Origin: Nitrospinales bacterium
Lineage (GTDB): Bacteria; Nitrospinota; Nitrospinia; Nitrospinales; VA-1
Assembly (NCBI GenBank): GCA_965223795.1
Contig: CBDCXL010000002.1
Span: forward strand, 2,144,001 to 2,208,000
Direction of reading: 5' to 3'
DNA length: 64,000 bases
Shown: piece after piece, positions 58,407-64,000 of the stretch
Numbering within the stretch: position 1 is the first letter of the stretch
Layout: the number at the start of each line of letters is the position of its first letter
Position numbers and translations under genes: made by a program
The notes under the pieces: model-generated
What the model was told of the DNA's origin: nothing
What the model saw: only the letters and a program-made list of their open reading frames with translations
The model's database searches: none

Positions 58407-59594
58407 ATGGCTATATCTAAAAAAATCAATGGGTTCATGGAGAAGTCGTCGTGGATCCGCAAAATGTTCGAAGAGGGCATCCGTCTTAAAAAGGAACACG
58501 GCGAAGAAAACGTGTTCGATCTCTCTCTCGGCAACCCGGTTGTGGAGCCGCCCGAGCCGTTGAAGAAAGCGATCGTGGACGCCGCTTCAGATTCCACTTC
58601 AGGTCTGCACCGCTACATGCCCAATGCGGGACTGGTTTCCTGCCGCGCATCCGTGGCGGAGGCGCTGACCGCCGAATGTAAGGTCGGGTTGTCGGCGGAC
58701 GACGTGGTGATGGTGTGCGGCGCTGCCGGTGGACTCAACATCGCGCTCAAGACGCTGCTCGATCCGGACGATGAGGTGCTGATCTTCACGCCGTATTTCG
58801 TCGAGTACCTGTTCTATGCGGACAACCATGGCGGCAAAGCGGTGGCGGTGCCCACGCAGGCGGATTTTTCACTCGACCTTGATGCGCTGGAACAGGCCGT
58901 CACCGAAAACACCAAGGCGGTGATCGTCAATTCGCCCAATAATCCGACCGGAGTGGTGTATTCGCGCGCCTCGCTGACGGCGCTGTGCGAGCTGCTGCGA
59001 AAAAAATCGCGCGAGCGGGGCAGGGCCATCTACCTCATATCGGACGATCCTTATAAAAAGATCGTGTTCGACGGCGCCGAGGTGGTCAACATACTGGAAC
59101 TCTACGAGCACAGCATTTACGTCAGCTCGCACTCCAAGGATCTGGCGGTGCCGGGGGAGCGCATCGGTTATGTGGCGGTGCATCCCGAGGCGGAGGCGGC
59201 GCAGGATCTCATGGCCGGGCTCATATTCTGCAACCGGGTGCTGGGATTTGTGAACGCGCCCGCTCTCATTCAACGGGCGGTGGCGCGGGTCGCCGGGGTG
59301 AGCGTCGATGCGGAGCTGTACCGCAAAAAACGCGATTTTCTGTATGAAGCCCTGACGCGCATCGGCTATTCGGTGGTGCGGCCGCAGGGGGCGTTCTACT
59401 TTTTCCCGCAGTCGCCGTTGGCGGACGAGGTTGAATTTTCCCGCATTCTGGCGGAAAAACGGGTGCTGGTGGTGCCGGGGCGGGGATTCGGCCTGCCGGG
59501 CTATTTCCGCATCTCCTACTGCCTGCCGGACGCGGTGATCGCAGGGGCGATTCCGGGCTTTGAGGCCGCATTCGAGGCGGCGCGGAAGCGATGA
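58407..59594 (+). CDS. PLP-dependent aminotransferase class I/II (aspartate aminotransferase-like)
   Basis: SWIRKMFE, NSPNNPTG, SDDPY, SHSKDLAVPGERIG. Confidence 0.92.
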   Translation: MAISKKINGFMEKSSWIRKMFEEGIRLKKEHGEENVFDLSLGNPVVEPPEPLKKAIVDAASDSTSGLHRYMPNAGLVSCRASVAEALTAECKVGLSADDVVMVCGAAGGLNIALKTLLDPDDEVLIFTPYFVEYLFYADNHGGKAVAVPTQADFSLDLDALEQAVTENTKAVIVNSPNNPTGVVYSRASLTALCELLRKKSRERGRAIYLISDDPYKKIVFDGAEVVNILELYEHSIYVSSHSKDLAVPGERIGYVAVHPEAEAAQDLMAGLIFCNRVLGFVNAPALIQRAVARVAGVSVDAELYRKKRDFLYEALTRIGYSVVRPQGAFYFFPQSPLADEVEFSRILAEKRVLVVPGRGFGLPGYFRISYCLPDAVIAGAIPGFEAAFEAARKR

Positions 59595-59704
59595 TCCCAG
59601 GACCGGCGGAGGGCTGCGGCCGGAAAACCGGCATCGCGCGAAACCTTTTTGCTAGAATGGAATCTAAATTTCAACACCGACCCCCTATATAGGAACGAAA
59701 CGCA

Positions 59705-60859
59705 ATGGCTTTGACACAGGATCAGATCAACCGATACAGCCGCCACCTGCTGCTGCCGGAGGTGGGGGTGGAAGGGCAGGAAAAAATCTGCGACGGCAAG
59801 GTGCTGTTGATCGGCACCGGCGGCCTGGGCGCGCCGCTCGGCCTGTATCTGGCCGCGGCCGGTGTGGGCAAGCTGGGGCTGATCGACTTCGACGTGGTGG
59901 ACCAGAGCAATCTGCAGCGCCAGGTCATCCACGGCGAATCGACGCTCGGCAAGCTGAAGGTCGATTCCGCCAAGGCGCGGCTCAACGATCTCAACTCCAG
60001 CATCGACATCGTCACGCACAACACGCGCCTGAGTTCGGAAAACGCGCTGGATATCTTCAAGGACTACGACATCATCGTCGACGGGACCGACAACTTCCCG
60101 ACACGCTACCTCGCCAACGACGCCGCCGTGCTTCTGGGCAAGCCCTACATCTACGGCTGCATCCTGCGTTTCGAGGGGCAGGCTTCGGTGTTCGACTCGC
60201 GGCAGGGCCCCTGCTACCGCTGCCTGTATCCGGAACCGCCGCCGCCGGGCCTGGTGCCGAGCTGCGCGGAAGGCGGGGTGCTGGGCGTGCTGCCGGGCAT
60301 CGTCGGGCTTTTGCAGGCCAACGAAGTGCTGAAGCTGCTGCTGGAAAAAGGCGATCCGCTTATCGGCCGGCTTTTGATCTTCGACGCGCTGGCGATGAAG
60401 TTCAAAGAGCTGAAACTGCGTAAGGACAAAAACTGCCCGATCTGCGGCGACCGTCCCACCATCAAGCAACTGGTGGACTACGAGCAGTTCTGCGGCATCG
60501 TGCCGCAGGAGACCGCGCCCGAGGACGAAGCGCTGGAGATCGACGTGGCGGCGGTGAAGGACATGCTCGATGCCCGGAAGGCATTCAAGCTGGTTGATGT
60601 GCGCGAACCGGGCGAAGTGGAGATCTGCAAGATCCAGGGATCGACGCTGATCCCTCTGGGCGAGATCGAAACGCTCGATCCCGCACGTCTGAACGGCCTG
60701 AAACCGGACGACGACATCGTGGTGCACTGCAAAGCCGGCGTGCGCAGCCTCAAAGCCGCCAAGGCGTTGCAGAAAATGGGCTACCAGAAGGTCAAGAGCA
60801 TGCGCGGCGGCATCGGCGAATGGTCCGACCGCATCGACCCCTCCGTTCCCAAATACTGA
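59705..60859 (+). CDS. moeB: Molybdopterin-synthase adenylyltransferase with C-terminal rhodanese domain (MoeB/MoeZ)
   Basis: RYSRH, GTGGLG, SNLQRQ, CYRC...CPIC, DVREP, HCKAGVRS. Confidence 0.92.
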   Translation: MALTQDQINRYSRHLLLPEVGVEGQEKICDGKVLLIGTGGLGAPLGLYLAAAGVGKLGLIDFDVVDQSNLQRQVIHGESTLGKLKVDSAKARLNDLNSSIDIVTHNTRLSSENALDIFKDYDIIVDGTDNFPTRYLANDAAVLLGKPYIYGCILRFEGQASVFDSRQGPCYRCLYPEPPPPGLVPSCAEGGVLGVLPGIVGLLQANEVLKLLLEKGDPLIGRLLIFDALAMKFKELKLRKDKNCPICGDRPTIKQLVDYEQFCGIVPQETAPEDEALEIDVAAVKDMLDARKAFKLVDVREPGEVEICKIQGSTLIPLGEIETLDPARLNGLKPDDDIVVHCKAGVRSLKAAKALQKMGYQKVKSMRGGIGEWSDRIDPSVPKY

Positions 60860-61129
60860 ATCCCCTGTTTTAAAGCCCGGTGCGCCGTTGCGGCCGCCGG
60901 GCGCATTTTCTGAATACGGAAGTTGCTGCAAACCCCTGAAAAACGGCGTTGTTTTTTAAGCGCCCGCGCGTGCCATCCTGTTCCCGTGCGGACGCGTCCG
61001 CGTTCGCCGGAAAACGTCCGCGTCTGTGCGAAAGCGCAATATGAATGGCCTTGACATTGCTGGGTTTCAAGTTTATTTTAAAATTTAGATACAGAAATCA
61101 TCTTCATCTCTTTGCCAAAGGGGGCCTTC

Positions 61130-61513
61130 GTGAGCGATGCACATGAATCGGAAAGTTCGGAGCGGAATTTCGAGAAATTGTCGAAGGCCATCACCGATGC
61201 TGTGATGAACTCCGAAAAGGTGAAGAAGATCGTTTCTGAAATCCAGAAAAAGGAAAAAATCTGCCCCCAGAGTTTCATGGTTCTCGTGCTCAAGATGCAG
61301 GTGCTCACCGAATCGCTTGAGATGGAGGTTGAGGAAGACTTCCTGGAAAAGAAACCCGCGGCCAGCAAGAAGAACGCGCGGAAAAAATCCAAGGAGCGGC
61401 CTCAGTTCATCGATGGAAACCGCCTCACACAAAACGAAATCGATTACCAGGAGTTCTCCAGCGAGCGGTTCGACACCCAGAGTTGGCTCAAGAAACACGG
61501 GCTCATTTTTTAA
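61130..61513 (+). CDS. Hypothetical protein
   Basis: Charged 127-aa ORF with plausible codon usage, downstream of a TTGACA-containing promoter region. Confidence 0.65.
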   Translation: MSDAHESESSERNFEKLSKAITDAVMNSEKVKKIVSEIQKKEKICPQSFMVLVLKMQVLTESLEMEVEEDFLEKKPAASKKNARKKSKERPQFIDGNRLTQNEIDYQEFSSERFDTQSWLKKHGLIF

Positions 61514-61613
61514 GGTTTTTTCGCTTTCCCTCTCCGCTGCTTTTCTCTCGTTGCTCGTCTGGGCCTGGCCCCGGGCTTCTTTTTCCCAGGATCACGCAGA
61601 ACAACGCAAACGC

Positions 61614-62225
61614 ATGGTCGAATTCGACCTCAAGCGGCGCGGTGTGTCCGATCCCGCCGTGCTCAAGGCGATGGCGGCCGTTCCGCGGCACGAGTTCGTC
61701 GAGCCGCGCCACAGAAACCGCGCCTATGGCGATTCCGCGCTGCCTATTCAGGACGGTCAGACCATCTCCCAGCCCTACATCGTTGCCCTCATGACCGAGA
61801 GCGCGCGCATCCAGCCCACCGACAGGGTGCTGGAAGTCGGCACCGGCTCGGGCTACCAGGCGGCGGTGCTGGCGGAAGTGGCGGCGGAGGTGTACACCAT
61901 CGAGATCGTCGCGAACCTGGCGCGGCAGGCGGGCGAGCGGCTGAAGCGGCTGGGCTACGACAACGTGAAAACCCGGCACGGGGACGGCTACCGCGGCTGG
62001 GCGGAGAAGGCGCCGTTCGACGCGATCCTCATCACCGCCGCGGCTCCAAAGATCCCGCAGCCGCTGGTGGACCAGCTCAAGCTCGGCGGACGGCTGGTCA
62101 TGCCGCTGGGCGGGGCGCGGCTGTATCAGAACCTGGTGGTGCTCACCAAAACCGCGAGCGGGCTGGAGAGAAAGCACGTACTCGGCGTGGTGTTCGTGCC
62201 GATGACGGGCGAAGTGCGCGAGTGA
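61614..62225 (+). CDS. pcm: Protein-L-isoaspartate O-methyltransferase (start uncertain; may extend upstream)
   Basis: VPRHEF, GQTISQP, VLEVGTGSGYQAA, GDGYRG, APFDAI, FVPM. Confidence 0.93.
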   Translation: MVEFDLKRRGVSDPAVLKAMAAVPRHEFVEPRHRNRAYGDSALPIQDGQTISQPYIVALMTESARIQPTDRVLEVGTGSGYQAAVLAEVAAEVYTIEIVANLARQAGERLKRLGYDNVKTRHGDGYRGWAEKAPFDAILITAAAPKIPQPLVDQLKLGGRLVMPLGGARLYQNLVVLTKTASGLERKHVLGVVFVPMTGEVRE

Positions 62226-62256
62226 TCCTGCAATCCGGGATTAGAAAGGAGTCAGC

Positions 62257-63060
62257 ATGCAGCGCGAACCGGCGGTGGCAGGGCGGTTCTATCCGGACGA
62301 TGCGGAGGGACTGAAGCGCGAGGTCGCAAAGCACCTTCCGCAGGCGGCCGAAGCCGCGCCGGCGCTGGGGGTGGTGTCGCCGCATGCGGGATTCCTGTAT
62401 TCCGGCGATGCGGCGGGTGCGGTGTACGCCCGCGTTGCCATTCCCGAGACGGTGGTGCTCATCGGGCCCAACCACACGGGCCAGGGCGAGCGCCTGTCGG
62501 TGATGACCGAGGGCCGCTGGAATCTGCCCACGGGAGCGGTGGACATCGACAGCGAGCTCGCCGAGGCGCTGCTCGCCAACGGCCCCCAGCTCCGGCCCGA
62601 TGCGGCGGCGCACAAGAACGAGCATTCGCTGGAAACGCAGATCCCCTTCCTGCAGCATTTCAAACCTGATTTCAAGATCGTTCCCATCTGCATGATGCGC
62701 GCGAGCTACATGGACTGCAAGGCGCTGGCGCGGGCGCTGGTGACCGCGGTGCGGCAGACGGGGCGGCCGGTGCTGGTGGTCGCCAGCTCGGACATGACGC
62801 ATTACGAATCGCATCTCGAAGCCTCGGCGAAGGACAGCAAGGCGATCGAAAAGATCCTCGATCTGGATGCGGCGGGGCTGTTCGAGACGGTGATCAAAAA
62901 CGGCATCAGCATGTGCGGCGTCGGGCCGGTCACCACGATGCTGATCTATGCGCAGACGATGGGTGCCAGCGAGGCTGAGCTGATCCGCTACATGACCTCC
63001 GGCGAGGTGAGCGGCGATATGGACCGCGTCGTCGGCTACGCCGGGATGATCGTGAAGTGA
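62257..63060 (+). CDS. amrB: AmmeMemoRadiSam system protein B (Memo-like)
   Basis: REPAVAGRFYP, PHAG, GPNH, EHSLE, SSDMTHY, SMCG, VVGYA. Confidence 0.92.
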   Translation: MQREPAVAGRFYPDDAEGLKREVAKHLPQAAEAAPALGVVSPHAGFLYSGDAAGAVYARVAIPETVVLIGPNHTGQGERLSVMTEGRWNLPTGAVDIDSELAEALLANGPQLRPDAAAHKNEHSLETQIPFLQHFKPDFKIVPICMMRASYMDCKALARALVTAVRQTGRPVLVVASSDMTHYESHLEASAKDSKAIEKILDLDAAGLFETVIKNGISMCGVGPVTTMLIYAQTMGASEAELIRYMTSGEVSGDMDRVVGYAGMIVK

Positions 63061-63069
63061 TGAAACGCA

Positions 63070-63750
63070 TTAGACAGGATGGACAGGATAAAAAAACGGT
63101 CTCGCGCTAAGACGCAAAGACGCAAAGAAAAAGATTCAGACAGGATTAACAGGATAAAGGCGAGGACGATAAAAGCAAAAGATTGATTAACCGCAAAGAC
63201 GCAAAGGACGCAAAGAAAAGCAAAATGGATGGTAGAGAAAAATCAGCAGAAAAATTTCTGCATCAACTGATTTCCCTATGGCCGGGCACTTCCTGCCAAG
63301 ATCCAAAAAGCTATTTTTCTACAGTTTCAGGTTTTGTCTCTCAGGATTTTGATCGATTGGATTTATTAAATAAAATCGACAAAATCTTGAGCATTGAAAA
63401 AGTGATTGCTGGTGAAAACCATAATCTGATTTTTGAGTTTCTGGATACTGCGCAGTATCCTTATCGAGCGGAATTGATTGAAATATCCAAGGATGAGTGG
63501 AGATTGCAATCCCTTAAGGAATGGTGCCCAGTCTGTTTCGGTTCCGGGATCAATATGGAAAAAGAATGCACGATTTGCGGAGGAGTGGGTTGGGGCGTCT
63601 CTTGAAAGAGAGGTTTACTTTCTAAAGGATTGCAAAAATCCTAATTTTCCTGTTATCCCTTCCATTTCTTTCCTTTGCGTCTTCGCGTCTTTGCGCGAGG
63701 CCGCTTTGTTTTTTCTCCGCCTTTTATCCTGTCATCCCGTCCCGCCTTTC
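63070..63750. mobile_element. Putative repeat-delimited cassette carrying one AT-rich gene
   Basis: Left modules at 63070-63219; reverse-complement modules at 63668-63704 and 63721-63750; same repeat family as 43876-45481. Confidence 0.6.
63225..63605 (+). CDS. AT-rich hypothetical protein with C-terminal CxxCxGxG zinc-finger pair (cassette cargo)
   Basis: CPVCFGSG...CTICGGVG; AT-rich relative to flanks. Confidence 0.65.
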   Translation: MDGREKSAEKFLHQLISLWPGTSCQDPKSYFSTVSGFVSQDFDRLDLLNKIDKILSIEKVIAGENHNLIFEFLDTAQYPYRAELIEISKDEWRLQSLKEWCPVCFGSGINMEKECTICGGVGWGVS

Positions 63751-64000
63751 AATCCTCCGGGTATTCCATCAATTCGATTTCGTATTTGTCCGGGTCTTCG
63801 GTGAAGATGAACTTGGTGCCGCTGGAGGTTGTGATGGGGCCTTCGGTGATGGGGACGCCCGCCTGTTTGAGTTTGTCCATGCAGGCGTCGAGGTCGTCGA
63901 CCTGAAACGCCAGGTGCACGAGATCCTCGGGAACATCGACGCTGCCGCTTTCGGGAAAGGCGCACAGTTCGATCTCGCTGCCGGTGCCGGGCGCTTCCAG
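63749..64000 (-). CDS. VOC/glyoxalase family protein (3' part; starts beyond the window)
   Basis: Manual translation: EIELCAFP...VHLAFQVDDLDAC...FIFTEDPDKYEIELMEYPED*. Confidence 0.85.
   Translation of the reverse strand: MEAPGTGSEIELCAFPESGSVDVPEDLVHLAFQVDDLDACMDKLKQAGVPITEGPITTSSGTKFIFTEDPDKYEIELMEYPED

Overview
GC-rich bacterial chromosome segment made mostly of core housekeeping genes: ettA (partial), efp, a tolQRAB-pal cluster, radA, ispD, bcp, a deoxyhypusine-synthase-like gene, mutY, queE/queC, ychF, recJ, rnhB, ffh-rpsP-khpA-rimM-trmD-rplS, moaB, rluD, rodA, rng, a NarK-type nitrate/nitrite transporter, moeB, pcm and amrB. It also has a sigma54-driven type IV pilin and an accessory block of uncharacterised membrane/secreted proteins (about 22.9-32.6 kb). 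The gene set looks to me like a Nitrospinota or deltaproteobacteria-like diderm, which is a tentative inference. I saw no rRNA, tRNA, CRISPR array, transposase or integrase. Main non-routine signals: (1) a family of short modular repeats (ACAGGAT-type, CGCAAAGA-type and a REP-like arm) that brackets foreign-looking cargo genes as inverted repeats between convergent host genes at 43.9-45.5 kb, 63.1-63.7 kb and partly at 20.4-21.5 kb, suggesting a repeat-delimited gene-cassette system; (2) a 1 kb intergenic cluster of DnaA boxes with IHF and CRP-like sites between rluD and rodA (candidate oriC away from dnaA); (3) trmD in frame with a downstream SPOUT-like domain across a single UGA; (4) an elongated Tol-Pal system with a 634-aa coiled-coil protein in the CpoB position. 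Product calls come from motif recognition, not database searches. Several start codons were adjusted from the ORF track and are my best guesses.
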